64,000 bases of DNA, taken from NCBI GenBank assembly GCA_051294905.1, contig CM119371.1, positions 24,864,001-24,928,000 of the forward strand. Reading direction: 5' to 3'. The notes under the pieces were generated by a model. The model made no database searches. It had not been told where the DNA came from and saw nothing but the letters and a program-made list of their open reading frames with translations. Both the position numbers and the translations under genes were made by a program. The stretch comes from Botryllus schlosseri (taxonomy: Eukaryota). Shown piece after piece: positions 14,133-27,528 of this stretch (positions are counted from its first letter, which is position 1; every line of letters begins with the position of its first letter).

Positions 14133-14279
14133 ACCCCCACAATCAGCCTCGAATTTTTCATTGTTATGGAGGTTGGCATTGAGACAGCATTGTTGCGTCC
14201 CAATGCCAATCTCTCGTTTCGCCAGACAGCATTGTTGCGTCTCCATAACAATGAAAAATTCGAGGCTGATTGTGGGGGT
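14133..14279. repeat. Foldback element with 39-bp perfect inverted arms
   Basis: acccccacaatcagcctcgaatttttcattgttatggag and its reverse complement. A related copy with longer arms is at 40240-40390. Confidence 0.85.
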
Positions 14280-14528
14280 CACTACAGCACTTGCCACTAC
14301 GTCTATTCAGAGTCCGATGAAAAGATTCATGTAGCCTACGTATAATTGGATAATATGAATACACTTTTGAGCGAACATCATGACGAATATAAGTGAATTT
14401 TCACTAATTCTACAATTTTCCCTGTAGCTCTGTGGCCCACCTCAAAATGCTGCCGTGGCCCACCATTGAGCAATGGCCCACCATTGAGCAATGGCCCACA
14501 GTTTGAGAACCCAGGTATTAGATTAGAT

Positions 14529-14940
14529 CAGTGGTTCCAAATCTGTGGTACACGAACGTATTCCAGGTGGTTCGCGAGTAGTTTCCGTGAAATCATAGAT
14601 CACCTCTCACTGCTCAATGCTGAGTTGAGGCATTACTTCCCGGATGTGACATGTTGTGCCCACACCTACATGACCGATTCATCCACTGTTAATCCAGCAG
14701 ACCATCCTGTCGGGTCATAGATATCCAGGATGACCAGAAAGCAAAGACGAAACACAAAGATTGCTCTCCAATGAACTCCTTGCATAGCATGGCCTCCTCG
14801 TACTAAACGCTAGCTTCTCGCGCTATTCCCCAGCTGATAATTTTCCCTTCTACGTGGGAGTGCGAGCAAGGATTTTCATCCCTGATGACTATCGATTCGA
14901 AGAAACGAAACCGACTTGCGAACACGCATGACTTTCGATA
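14529..14940 (+). pseudogene. hAT (Charlie/ZBED5-like) element end with transposase C-terminal dimerization-domain remnant
   Basis: Starts cagtggttccaaa. Reads LRHYFP, then PQLIIFPSTWECEQGFSSLMTIDSKKRNRL, matching the hATC pattern P-S-T-x-x-C-E-x-x-F-S...K-R-N-R-L. Confidence 0.8.
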
Positions 14941-14944
14941 CGCT

Positions 14945-15390
14945 TTCGATAGCGAAAATTTCGCTATATATAAACAAAATACATATAGGTTTAATTGTCC
15001 ATAATAGGCACCTAAATGACTGACGTCGAATGTTCCTGTCTTGGCAATCTGAACCTCACAAGACAAATACCATCCCGCAGGGAGAAATTATAGGCCAGTA
15101 AAGAAATACCAATTTGAAATCGTGTGCGTCTATTGATTTAGTAGCCTACGTTTGGGCGATTTTTTGATATAGCAGACAGGAGCTCACGAAATACCATCAT
15201 GCTACGGAGTCATACAATGGGTGCCACAGTTTCGAAGACACCTCTCCCGGTTCTACCGGTAAATCTGATTACGTGAGCAGAGAGGACAAGAAAATGATAG
15301 CCATATATGTTCAATTCCCGATCTTATTCACCGATTTTATCGTGAGTTATCGAAAATTTTCGCGCTTACCGCTGGCTCAACAGTACGACT
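14945..15390. repeat. Unclassified interspersed repeat
   Basis: Homologous in direct orientation to about 19270-19710 and inverted to about 31130-31590. Confidence 0.7.
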
Positions 15391-15569
15391 AATTTCGTGG
15401 AAAAGCGAACAACGTGATTGGGGATAGGTTTATCAACCTATGAGATCCCAAGACGAAGTGTTGTTTCGTTCTTGCCAACGGGTGTACGCCTATACATGTT
15501 TAATTATTGTTGCGGGGTCCTACCGTTTTAAACACACCTAACTCAACTCTACCTGTACATCTGATTACA

Positions 15570-16410
15570 CAATTGAATAATATATTCATATTGAAATGAA
15601 TCCGAATATTTTCGGCTGATACTCGTCAGGGGTAATCGTCAGCAACTAGTAGAGAATTTGAAAGAACATTGTATATCAACAATCGTATCACAAATATGAC
15701 GTCACTAGCATGAAACTTCAAATGAGAGAGCGTTTAGTGCACTATTCCCAGGTGGTACACGAATTTCGTCTGCTGACAGTTTCTGCTGATGTATTTTGAT
15801 AAAAGTCGACTCCACGGCACATAAATTGAAGTCTGAACGGCCTCTCCCAATAACGCAAAATTTATCGTCTCGATAATTATTTGCACAAATCGGATTATCC
15901 AACAGATGTTTAACGATTGCAGAATTAATGGCCTTCGATCGGTCAGCATCAAGCTTGAGTGGCTGAGTTAAGGGTGAGCTTTTCACCGAGCGTGATGCAC
16001 GTGCTCTGGTAAATCTAGGGACATGCTGGTTTATCCGTTCCTGCAGACGCTTCGACGTTGTTCCTACGTAGCCACAATCACAGTGGCACTTATATTCGTA
16101 AACTACATTACTTTGTTGAAGTGCAGGAAGCACGTCTTTGCGTGTTGAAGGGAGCAGTTGCGTAGTCGTAAAAATCGAAATGGTTTTGATTGTGTCGTAA
16201 CATTTACTGACCGCAGGAATCAATTGTTTTTCAAATCGGGTTGAAATGGGACCAATCCAAGGTAGATGAATATAAACATATTTTATTGTTCGTTCGGTGG
16301 GCTCTGTTGATTTTTCTGCGTTGAATTGCGTTAATTCCATCTCTATGCCGCGGCTGATGACGTGTTCAGGGTAACCGTTATCAAGTCAGATTTTTCGGAT
16401 GTCAAATTCG
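15570..16410 (-). mobile_element. Penelope-like retroelement, 5'-truncated (RT C-terminus, GIY-YIG endonuclease, 3' terminal repeat)
   Basis: LDNGYPEHVI; LPWIGPIS; KDVLP..QQSNVVYEYKCHCDCGYVGTTSKRLQERINQH; SAIVKHL (ORF 15705-16340). The 3' part recurs at 60760-60895. Confidence 0.9.
15597..15636 (-). ncRNA. Minimal type I hammerhead ribozyme of the Penelope terminal repeat
   Basis: Minus strand ccc-CTGACGA-gtatcagcc-GAAA-atat-TC-gg: both core boxes, a palindromic helix-III loop and a UC cleavage site. Helices I and II are short or eroded. Confidence 0.65.
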
Positions 16411-16424
16411 AAACTCAGTTTGTT

Positions 16425-17828
16425 ACCGTTTGAGCGGTTTATATTCAAGTATGTACATAAAATATCAATAATTTCATAAAGAAATTCTTTCCCCTTCATC
16501 GGGTCATCTCATCTCAGCCGTCGCCGAATTTGGATCTGTAGTCGAGGCCGTACCCGCTCGGTTCATCTCATAGCATCGCATCGCATCGCATCGCATCGCT
16601 GGAGTCGATGTGAAATTGTAGTCGTGGTCGTAGTACGATCCGCCGGTATCTGGCGCTCTTTTGCGTTTGTGGATTGGGTTGGGTATTCGGTGCGGAGTGG
16701 TGGTGGAGGGGGTGGGCTAAATGGGTCGGGGAAGGGTTTAGGGGTGGGGTAGAGTGGGATTGGATGGGTGGTTTGTTTGAGTGGTTGGGATAGGTTGTGG
16801 GTGGATTGGTTGGGTTTTGTGGGTCGAGAAATACGATACGGTTTATCTCGTTTTATCGGTGCGTTCAGTGGGCTCGCTTAAATTTTTCGGTATAATTTAC
16901 TTCTTATATCGATCGTTAATGCGTTGGTCTAAATTTTGGGTGTATTCATTGTCGAGTGCATTTTTCCATTCCCACACAAGGGTTTCCACGTTCAGAAAGG
17001 CTTTTATTATGGTCGGAGCTTGCGGTCCGTCGTACACGTTTCGCATTATCTCGTCGGGTGTAGCGTCGATAGTCGTTTGCAGGTCGTTCTCGAGATCCTG
17101 TATTACAAGAGAGAACAGTATTTTGTAAGTTGCACATTCGGCGAAGGTATGGCGCAGAGTATCTTCTGCATTTTGGCAGAATTTGCATTTGTTTTTCAAG
17201 TAGGCTTCTTTTCTTCGTATCCAACCCGCGTTGGTTTTTCTGGAGCCTGTAAAGTAACTCTTAGTGTTATTGCAATACGAGATCTCCCGTTGCTTGTTGT
17301 CAATGTGATCTTTGATATTGGGTTGGTATAGCCATATCTGTTTCCAGTCCGACTTTCGGTTTCCTCCTTGCTGCGTCTTTTTTTTAACAAGGATCTGGTA
17401 CATTTCTTTCTGGCTTAGTTCTTGTAGCTCTTGTGATTGGCTTTGGATTACGTCGGAAATTTCCTTTTCCTTCCCCATTCCTTCTTCATGGTATTTCTGT
17501 GAGGGTAGAGGTTGTTGTATAAATTGCAATTTATATCTCTCACCTTCGTTGTCAAATTGTATATCGCTTCAGCGTGCCAGATATCAATCGGGCTCTCAAG
17601 TCGGCTTAGTTGTTGTAGCGTTTTTGCTCTCTTTGCGTGTGTGGCTGATTCAATATCTGGCATGTCGATCCCTCCTTCTGGCTTGGGTTTGATCAGTTGC
17701 ATTCTGCCTTTTTGCTCAAGTTTTTCAGGGCTCCGCAGTAGGCCGAACACGAGGCGTTCAAGGTGTTTGAGCTTGTCGCCTGGAACCTGCTTGTTGGTAT
17801 ATGTATACGTTATTTTGCTAATTATGTA
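16425..17828 (-). mobile_element. L1/Tx1-clade non-LTR retrotransposon 3' fragment (frameshifted)
   Basis: IISKITY; LIKPKPEGGIDMPD (post-RT L1 motif); zinc knuckle CKFCQNAEDTLRHTFAEC (Cx2Cx8Hx4C). A long low-complexity 3' region includes (GCGAT)n. The 3' boundary is approximate. Confidence 0.8.
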
Positions 17829-19115
17829 AGCCCTAAATTGATCATGGACAAAATGACAGAATTGTTCCAAACAATATGGGAGATTGAAAAATTACCCCAA
17901 TCATTCGGCCACAGCAAGCTAACTGCCATATGGAAGAACAAAGGAAGCAGAACCGATCCATCGACATATCGCGCTTTTCAAGTTGGAAGCGTATTCTGCA
18001 AACTGTTAGTACAAATAATCATATCAAGAATAGAAGAATGGTACAACCAGCAAATTCTCGAATTCCAATGTGGTTTTAGAAAAAGGAAGGGAACCACCGA
18101 CTGCATATATGTCACGAAGCAGTCTCAAATCATCGCTGAAAAAACTGATAAACAAACATATGCCTTGCTTGTCGATCTCTCCTCTGCTTTCGACCACGTC
18201 AACAGAACCTGGCTAATTCAGTCGCTACGAAATCGAATCGATGAGCTTGCCTCTCTTTATCGATGTACAACAACCGAACTGTAAAGCCACCCTAACCTAA
18301 CTTTTCCCACAAAATCTGGAGTTCGACAGGGCGGACCCGAATCCCCTATCCTCTTCAATCTTTATATGGACTATGCCGTGAGAGTCTTCCTACACAGATC
18401 GAAACTAGCCGATATCGCTTTCAGCCAGTATCACTTTCGCACACCGGACTATGCACGAGAAAATAAAAGGGACAAGAACTACCAAGGAACCGCTATCAAC
18501 ATGGGCTCAGGCTATGCAGACGATCTGGAATTCTTTTTTAAAGACCAAACTTCTCTTCAGGAAGGTCTAAAACTACTATCAGAAGTTCTTACTGAGTTTG
18601 GATTACAAATTAATGAGTCGAAAACAAAAACTATGATATTTAACCACAATGAAGAACTGACTCACCCGACTTCAATCTGCTCTCTGCATAATCATGATAT
18701 TGAAAACGTGAAAACTTTCAAATACCTTGGTAGCATGATTCACTATAACGAAACGAATGTGGGGATATCCGAAATCAACAATAGGGGCAGCTCGGCTCAT
18801 GCAGCTTTCCAAACCTATAAATACCTGCTTCGAAACTTCAGAATTTGGATTGGTACAAGAATAAAATTTTTGAATGCCTTTGTGCGAAGTCGACTCACAT
18901 ATGGCTGCAGTGTATGGTCTCTTTCGGAAAATAAAAGAAGCGTCCTGGATGTCTGTTACAGACAATTTTTGCGAAAAATGGTACACGGAGGCTACACTCG
19001 AAGGGGAACCGATCACGCATTCAAAATTAGCAATCAGAATCTTCATCAGAATCTGTCGCACTGAAGACCTTTCAGCATTCATTGATCACCAACATAAATT
19101 ACATATCATGTTTTG
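17823..19115 (+). pseudogene. Non-LTR retrotransposon reverse transcriptase (RTE/CR1-like), degraded
   Basis: QCGFR, LVDLSSAFDHVNR, GVRQGGPESPILFNLYMD, YADD, GLQINESKTKTM and FKYLGS lie in one frame with a single TAA at 18282-18284; frameshift near 19030. Confidence 0.9.
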
Positions 19116-22100
19116 ACGACTCCCTCTCGAAAATATACGCATAAGTATAGAAAATAGAAATAGGCATTTCGGCGTCAGTCATTACCACGCCACGCCACGA
19201 CGCACGAGGATATATGAAGGTCCGGCCAATATGGGACTCCGAGAAGTGTGTCAAAAAGATCGTCAGTGAGAAAACTTTACCGAAGAGGATTGCCCTTATG
19301 TTGACCGTAAACTATGATTTATATAAGTCTGATTGTTCATAGGTGCTTAAATCGCTCGTGCCGAATTATCCTGCCGTCGCAATCTGCACCACACAGAACA
19401 AATAACATCCATCAGAAAAAAATTATTTGCCAGTGAAGAAATAGCAATTTTGAATCGTGTGCATACTTTTGTTTAATACGTTTATGCGTTTCATATCTTT
19501 TGACTTTAGCGGACAAGAGGTAACAAAATAACAACATGTAACGAAGTAATTGTACCAACGGGCACGCCCGAATATGTTTAATTTATTAATTATGTGGCCT
19601 TCATTTTCCTAGACAACAGCTCACTAAGCGCTACTGGTAAATCAGATTACGCGGGCTTAGAGGATAAAAAGTTTATAACGACATATATATGCAATTACCA
19701 CCTATTCATTCATGCATTATAGAAAGTTTTGGCGACTAGGGCGACCAGGCCACACAAACTTTGCTGACCATCGAAATCACGCGACGGCATTTTTGAGGTG
19801 AAGCTCGCAGAAGTTTGGTTTATCACGCTATGGGTGCGCAAGACAATCGTTTTTAAGGAGGCTGACGAAGTGCTGTTACGGCCCTCCCTATTACCCATTG
19901 TCTTTATTACAGTTCTTACAATATGGAGTACGGGGGCGCTAAAGCACGATAATTTTTGAAAGGGGGCGTTGAAGGAAAAAAGGTTAAGAACCACTGGTCT
20001 AGGCTATATGTAGGGGAAATATATATTACATGAATATACTGGCAGTATTGGCACATAGCCTACATCAAATCGACTAAGTGGTTTGATCTCTCAGCAGCAG
20101 TTAGTCATTTGTCTCGAACGAACTCGTTTTGCTATCTCGTTGTATATTATATATAGCCTAAGTCAGGGAGGGGCTAACTGCGGCTCGCGATCCGCATGCG
20201 GCTCATTTATCCTTTGATTGCGGCTCTTTGATTATACATAGAATGGTTTCGCCATTTACTCAGATTATAAATTGATGCAATCAATCGCGAATTTTTCTCG
20301 TGTTGTTTCTTTATGGAACAAACACGAGCATAAATGCTCACTCTCTGTTCACGTTCAGTCATCTTGATATATTTCCTGATCATCTTGTTGATTAGCAAGG
20401 GGACGGTTCCACGAAGACATCGAAACAGCAACAAAAGTATCAGAGCAGATGAGATGTACATATTATGGCAGACCATTGCAGGAATCTTTCGAGAAATTGC
20501 ACTATATTGTTTACAGGCAAAAATCGTACAAAAAGAATTGTGCTCCAAAGCAAATAATTAATATCATATTCCAGCTGATCATTTCAAATTTACAATTGAT
20601 GGTTAACGTAAACCTCATTAAAACAATGCCACGTTATTTGAGTATCAAGGTAAATACTTATATACATGACAAGACTTTATTTATGTACATGATTTCCGTG
20701 ATCTATGATAAATCTAATGCTCCTAAGTATACTGCTGCTGCTGTATTTTGATTTAAAAGAGTCTTCTGTGTGTAAAAATAACAAGTAGATAGATTTTTAA
20801 ACTTAATAGTACGACTGAGTCAATTTTCGAACCAGCCATTAGAGCAAAAATAGGAGATTTTGGTCAAAATAGTACCATGGATTATCTCCAAAACAAGAGC
20901 CAATTTGAAAAATCCGAGGTCATATTCCGAATCAGTGCCCTTCAGAATCCCCAAAACCACTCCTACTTTGTCTGCCTAAAGATATGCGTTGACCGGTGTA
21001 CTGCACCCCGATGACAGCAAAGGAAGTTTACCCCAAACCTAATAGGTAAATTGCGACGTAATAAATTTTTAACAATTTCGATAAAATTGCTTGACATATC
21101 ACACCATAGTAATTCCTAATACTTAAATAACTCAATTTCGTTACTTCTACGTACTGGGACTATGCCTATATATTCCTCTACAATTAAAAGGTTAGCACTG
21201 TTTCGTAACGAAGAAGCAGTGTATTTGGGTTATATTGTGCAAACTAATTATTCGACTTTCTGGCTAAGCTAGGGTAGCATACTCAAAGCATTCATCCAAC
21301 ATTTGCCTTGAATTCTTAGCACTTGCGGCGCAACGTCACTAGGGCTCCAATATAATTTCACGTACGAGTTGTTGGTATTACTATGTCATGTGATAAAACA
21401 CTTCGTTCGATCAATAACTATTCCTGCGCTAAATTTTAATGACACCAGTACCGCAGCAGCTCCGCCGATAACGCGAGGTGACAGATGATATAAATTCAAC
21501 AGTAATATATGCAACTACCATTACTTTTGTCAAATATACATCAGTTTACTTTGAAGTAATTTCCCGATCGCGCTGCTACGAAAACGAAGGTGACTCATCT
21601 GAAAAGTAGTCCTGTGATGTGTGCGTATGCCTGCAGTTTTGGTACGCTCATCGATATTGATACAGCAGTAGGCCATTTTGCTGCAATCGATCTCGCCTTG
21701 TAACCTCGTCGCCAATCATATATATATTTAAATACATATGTCTATGGCGCGATAGAACAGGGTGAAGGGGTGCATGCCTACGTCACAACAGCTTTTTGGG
21801 ATCCCTAATTGCAGAAATATTTTAAAAGCATCGCATGTATATTAGAGAATCAGAATTTCGTCAAACACCGGAATTTACCCGCTTTTTCCAGCTACGAATT
21901 AGGCAGGTGGAGGCGCAAATATACTAAGCCACGTGATTGACTATTTCCTATTTGACTCAATTGCTCAATCTGAGTGAAATCGTGAACGTAAATCGTAATC
22001 GCAATGACATCGCTACGTGTATTGGTAATTCCTGTTTCGCAACCTTTCTTGAACAAGAGAGTAAATAAACAATAATCCACTTTATAGTATAGTTGCTAAG

Positions 22101-22134
22101 CAATCGGTAATGGAAAAGACTGCTTATTTTGAAG

Positions 22135-22302
22135 CTCTCAACTCTGTGTATAATCGATGCCCAAATGCCTGCTGAAAGTTTTCGAGAAATCGCAATCACA
22201 CTCCAGACCACCTGCTGCAAAGAGATTCATTTCGAAAACTGCGAATTGACGAGTCGGAAGCTTTCTGAATTCTACACTGGATGTAAAGACAACGATCTAT
22301 CT
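22135..22302 (+). CDS. LRR exon, type B (168 nt, phase 0-0)
   Basis: ttattttgaAG acceptor, GTAAGT donor; LSTLCIIDAQMPAESFREIAITLQTTCCKEIHFENCELTSRKLSEFYTGCKDNDLS. Confidence 0.85.
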
Positions 22303-22716
22303 GTAAGTTTATTTAGTGTACAGAAAACGTGTATTGCTGGTATCATGTGTGCCCGCTAAGTTTTCGTTAGGTTTCTACTTCCTACCCGCAGATCACGCAA
22401 TAATACTAATCCGAGAATATAATGTTTTGACGAGCAATATTGACAGTACTTATTCCGGGTATTGGCTGATCTAAGTGATTTCTGTGCTGGAAAAGCAGTC
22501 ACAAATCCATCGAAATAATGAGCACACAACACAGATCGACAGGATGAATTACTGAGCGACTGGTGGACTCTTGTAAGGCTTTTAATCACTGCAACCAAAG
22601 CCCGTATGTTGGGAACAGTTAAAAAGTTCGATTGACTTTATTGCAGCGCACTGATCAGAATTGCGATGATAGGAAGGGGTAGCCAAGTAAATGAAACAAG
22701 TAAGTGAAAAAATTAG

Positions 22717-24842
22717 TTGGGGTGGTGTGAACCTCTAAAACAGGGGTTCTCAACCTAGGGCGAACGCACCTCTTGGGGACGCGGGAGGCTCTCAGGGGGT
22801 GGGGGCGCGAGAAATTCACAAAGTCTGTATAAATTGTGACTAAAAATGTGTTTCACAATCATTCTGAAATGACGATTGATTGTTGAAGATTAAACTTTTT
22901 TCATAAGAAAGCTTACCAAACTCAAACTCCAGCAGTCGCGCTCAATGGAGTACAGGGTGACTTCAACTTTATTTGAACAAATTTTTTATATTTTCTGAAG
23001 ATTTAGAGCAATTCCTACGTGAAAGTCATTCATTTCTTTATAGCTTTCGCAGTAGCGTTAATCTCGGTGCGCTAGGTAGCTGTTGTTAGTAGCTGACGAA
23101 CTGCACTGCCCAAGACAGACTTATATGCAATACAGGTTGCCCAGTTTAGCCCTCAATTAGGCAATTAGTCTCAGTGCAACCTCCCTTGAAATTATTTGAT
23201 GTCCTGTTCAATGTTTTTTGTTATTTTCAAACAAGTTTGGGGAAATTTGTCAGCAATGTAAAAGACTCAACAACTGGAATGCGGATTCAAAATTGGCGTA
23301 AGATATACCTTATGTATACTATTAGCAGGGGTGGGCAATCTGTGCCCGTACGGCCGCATATAGAAGGGAATTTGTGCGGCCGTCGACGCCAAATTCAAAT
23401 AGTATGTGTTGGCGGCCGTAGACATGCCAATTGCAATTACGAATTCACTCCCGAATTTTCGAAAAATTTTGTTAAATCTTGAAATTTTCTTCGTGCACCG
23501 CGCAATTCAACAAGACTTCATTTTTCGATTTCAATCTGAGCCGGAATGGGAATCGTCAAGAAATAACAATTCATTCGCGGCTCTGTAAAATTCTGAACTG
23601 AGGCTATGCAATTACTCAAGTAGTTTAGCAGTACTACACGTATGTGAGCGATACTGTGCCTTCTTGCGTGTATATTTAACTCTATATTCGTTCATTGGTT
23701 CAGAATCAATGACCACTCAATCTGTAATTCAGACAGCTAGCAAAATGCAATGACATAATCATGCCTCATACTTCGAAAAGGCAACTTGACTTGAATTGTG
23801 ACTTGACTCGTGACTTGACTTGACTCGACTTGACTCGAGTCACCTCAAAAAAATCGAGTGACTTGACTCGAGTCACCTTCGAAAATCGATTGCCTCGACT
23901 TGACTCGAGTCAAAATGTGCAGTGACTCGAAATGACTCGTGACTCGAAGGTAGTGACTTGATCCCAACACTGCTAGGTTCGTGTGAACGCGAACCGTTTT
24001 GAAAGGTTCTGTGTGAACGCGAACGCAAACCTCATGACGTAACGTGATGGTAACATGCTAATTCAAACCCTACATTTCAGTGAAGTAGTAGCATGTATTA
24101 ATGTATACACGATACCTAGTGACGACTCTGGCCACATAATGCCACAATGCTGAATTAAAACATTGACGTTTTGAACGTCGCTGAATGTATCAACTAGGGC
24201 AATCAAATGATATAATAATGCTATAAAATCAGTATCTTCCGCCGCATTGCCAACAACGCCGATGATGACATGCAAGGGCATGGTAGCTTACGTCTTAACG
24301 GTCTAGCTAGGCTTGCCTGGGTAATGTATTCGGCGTCTGAGTATTTCTACGTTGATATTGAGCAGAGTGTAATATGGGTTTAAATACTTGCTACCGATAA
24401 CACCCCATTACCAAGTTGTACAGCAGTAGCCAACAACCCAGTCGCATCAATTTGGTTTTCATGGTACCGTATAATATGATACCAATAATACGGTTTTTAT
24501 GGTACCGTAAAAATACTCACAGTAAAAAATAAATACCTATTCACAAACGGAAGGCTGGATATTTCGAGCAATTGTAACAAAGCAAGTAATTCTTTCGAGA
24601 TTGACAAGGTTCATGCTCGTTTAGTATTGATTTTGTATGCTACCAGTGCCGTACGTAGAGTGGCCCGCTGTTGAAATGCAATAAATTTCAACCAAATATG
24701 TTTTAATGAAGTGAAATGTGTAATATAAGAAAATGTTTCACGGGGAAGAACCTACCAAGGTTCGATTATGAATGTTAACCTTTAAATTTCTGACATTCAC
24801 ACACACAACGCGAACGTGAACCTTGCGTTCACTCAATCCCTA
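22717..24842. mobile_element. hAT-like element with GTGAAC subterminal repeats and nested fragments
   Basis: Inverted homolog of 34360-35359. Absent from the paralogous introns near 32225 and 38775. Contains caggggttctcaac (22741) and a partial GACTTGACTC element (about 23596-23972). Confidence 0.75.
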
Positions 24843-25297
24843 GAAATTAATATCAAGTGATATGCAAATCCGTTCTGAATATGCCACCACTGACAAAACA
24901 GTTTGTACACTATACGTTGTTGGATTACCAAGATTATAATGCGAAAAATCATAATTTCATTGAAGAAGTTGAACACGACACGAATCGTGTGGTGTAAGAA
25001 GAATAAATGATCAAATTCGTCGACATGACGCTTATTATTTGTCGTAATTTTCGCGGCATTTTTGACACTGGAAGGGACATATAGTCAATGTTGAAATCAT
25101 GTTGTGATATCTAAGTCGGTAGTTCTGCACAGAAAAACATCTACTATTCTCCAACTTGATTCAGATTTCACATTTTATTGTGTGACAGCCTACTGAAATT
25201 CTTGACTGTTAGATAGTGTTTGAATCGTATGACGTTTCATACATTCTTCGCACAGCTGAACCCGAGGACGTTTTGCGAATAGCACCATAAGCTAAAT

Positions 25298-25680
25298 TAG
25301 GGTTACCATACGTCCTCTTTTAAAAGGATTTGTCCTCTTTTTCAACAAATTGAAATTGTCCTCAGAGGACGCCTAAATGTCCTCTTTTTAAAATTTGTCC
25401 TTTTTTTCTACAAAAATTATTAAAATACCATCAAACACTCGACCCCGACGCAGCGAACGGGTATAACGAAGGTCTGGTCGAAGTGTTGCCTTGTTTTAAT
25501 AAACAGCACAGACTTATCGTATTAAAGCGGGTAATTCGGGATTCGGGTCGCGTCAAAGTGATGAGTTTTTTAATTTTGTATTTAGTCAACACTTGTACTA
25601 TTTTGGTCGAAAACCTTTAAAATTACCCATTTTCTTTTCCGGTATTTCGAGATTTCCGAGTTTTTAAAAAGTGTCCCATT
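25298..25680. mobile_element. Truncated copy of the TAGGGTTACCATA MITE family
   Basis: Starts tagggttaccatacgtcctctttt, the reverse complement of the end of 12781-13225. Confidence 0.75.
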
Positions 25681-26010
25681 TCTCTGCTACGACTTCTTGG
25701 CACATGCAGCGCAAAGTGGCTACAGATCCATTATAATTTTTGCACGTGTTGTTGGTATTACTATAGCATGCATGGAACACTCCGATCGATCATTAACTAT
25801 TCCTGCGCAAAATTTTAAAGAAACTACTACCGCATCAGTTTCGCCAATAACGCTGATCACATGCGGTGACAGATGACATAAATTAACCAGTAATATATAC
25901 AACTACTATTAGTTTTGGCAAAACATAAACAAGTTTACTTTGAGTAAATTTCCCGATTTAAGCGTCTATAAGAAAATCAAGGCGACTCATATGAAAAGTA
26001 GTGTGGGATC

Positions 26011-26965
26011 CAGTGTTGGGATGACTCGAGTCATGACTTGACTCGAGTCACCTTTTTTCGCATGACTTGACTTGACTCGAGTCACTTTGCTAAAATGACT
26101 CGACTTGACTTGACTCGGCGTATCAGAAATATGGATTGACTCGTGACTCGGAGCAAAATCCACGAGTCAATTTCAAGTCATCAAGTAATCGGTGTCGATA
26201 AAAATCACTGTATCTTGCATATGTTTAGATTGTTCGCAAAACGCTTGCGTAACCCGTGAGAGCGACCAATCATTCGATGACCGTGCGTTTCACTGAGCCT
26301 AAATTGTTCTCTTAGAAATAAATTGACCGCGCACGAAGTGATCGAAGCTTTCAGGTTACGTTGTCGTAACTCTAGTAGTAAAGTAATAGAATAGCAAAAT
26401 GTATATTTCTGTTCTCTGTTCTTACCTTAATCAAACCTCTTGTTTTATTGAAATTGAAGTCGCAGATTGTTTATATAGTCCTCAAACATTGGCGCAGGCT
26501 CGAATGGTATCATATCTATTTGTAAATAGATAATGTATTGCTTCTTATCAATTCGTTTCCCTATTCTCTATTTTGGCTGGTAACTATATAAACTGAGGCT
26601 ATGTAATTGTTTAACTACGTATATGTGTGCGATACATCGCGTTCTTGCATGCATATTTAACTCTATATTCATTCATCGTTTCTGAATCAATGACCATAAC
26701 CACTCAAACTGTATATCAGACAGCTAGCAATGCAATGACGTAATAAAGCCTCATATAAACTTCGAAAAGGCAACTTGACTTGAAATGTGACTTGACTCGT
26801 GACTTGACTTGACTCGACTTGACTCGAGTCACCTTCGAAAATGGAGTGAATTGACTTGACTCGTGTCATCTTTGAAAATCGATTGACTTGACTTGACTCG
26901 AGTCAAAATGTGCAATGACTCGAAATGACTCATGACTCGAAGGTAGTGACTTGATCCCAACACTG
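26011..26965. mobile_element. hAT non-autonomous element with (GACTT/GACTC)n subterminal arrays
   Basis: TIRs cagtgttgggat / atcccaacactg; TSD gtgggatc / gtggggtc. Confidence 0.9.
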
Positions 26966-27528
26966 GTGGGGTCTGAACATCTGTTGGGAAATTTGGTATA
27001 GGCGCGTCGAATCGACATTGATTTTCGATATTGCTACTGTAGTCGACCATCTTGCTGTGAGTGAATTCGCCTTGTAACCACGTTGTCACGTATATATTTT
27101 TAATGGTAATGGCGTGAGAGAACATGGTGAAGGGGTGCATGCGTTCGTCACAACAGCTTTTAGGGATCCAAAATACGAAAACATTGAAGAAACGTCGTAG
27201 AGTTTCATTAAATACCAGAATTTCACTGCTATTTCCAGCTACGAATTAGACAGCTCCAGGCGTAAATATAGTAAGACAATGTATACTGGATTGACTATTA
27301 TCCAATTCGACCCAATTGTTTCCAAAAATCCCAAGTGCATTTTTGTGATCAAATTGCTCAGCCTGATAATTAAATCATAAACGTAACTGTAAACGCTGTC
27401 AGATTGCTATGTATATTGGTAATTTATGTTTCGCGACCTTTCTAAAATGAGCAAGTATGGAAATAGTAATCTACTCTACGGAGTTGTTGTAAAGTAATCG
27501 GTAATTGTGAAGAACGCGTATTTTGTAG

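Noticed and set aside
13878..14364. Six overlapping ORFs of 66-155 aa (also 11577-11851)
   Set aside because: They arise from stop-poor (CCATA)n arrays and a foldback in transposon ends.
14529..19996. One hAT element enclosing the retroelement cluster
   Set aside because: The ends are compatible (cagtggttc / gaaccactg) but the flanks gattagat and gtctaggc do not form a TSD.
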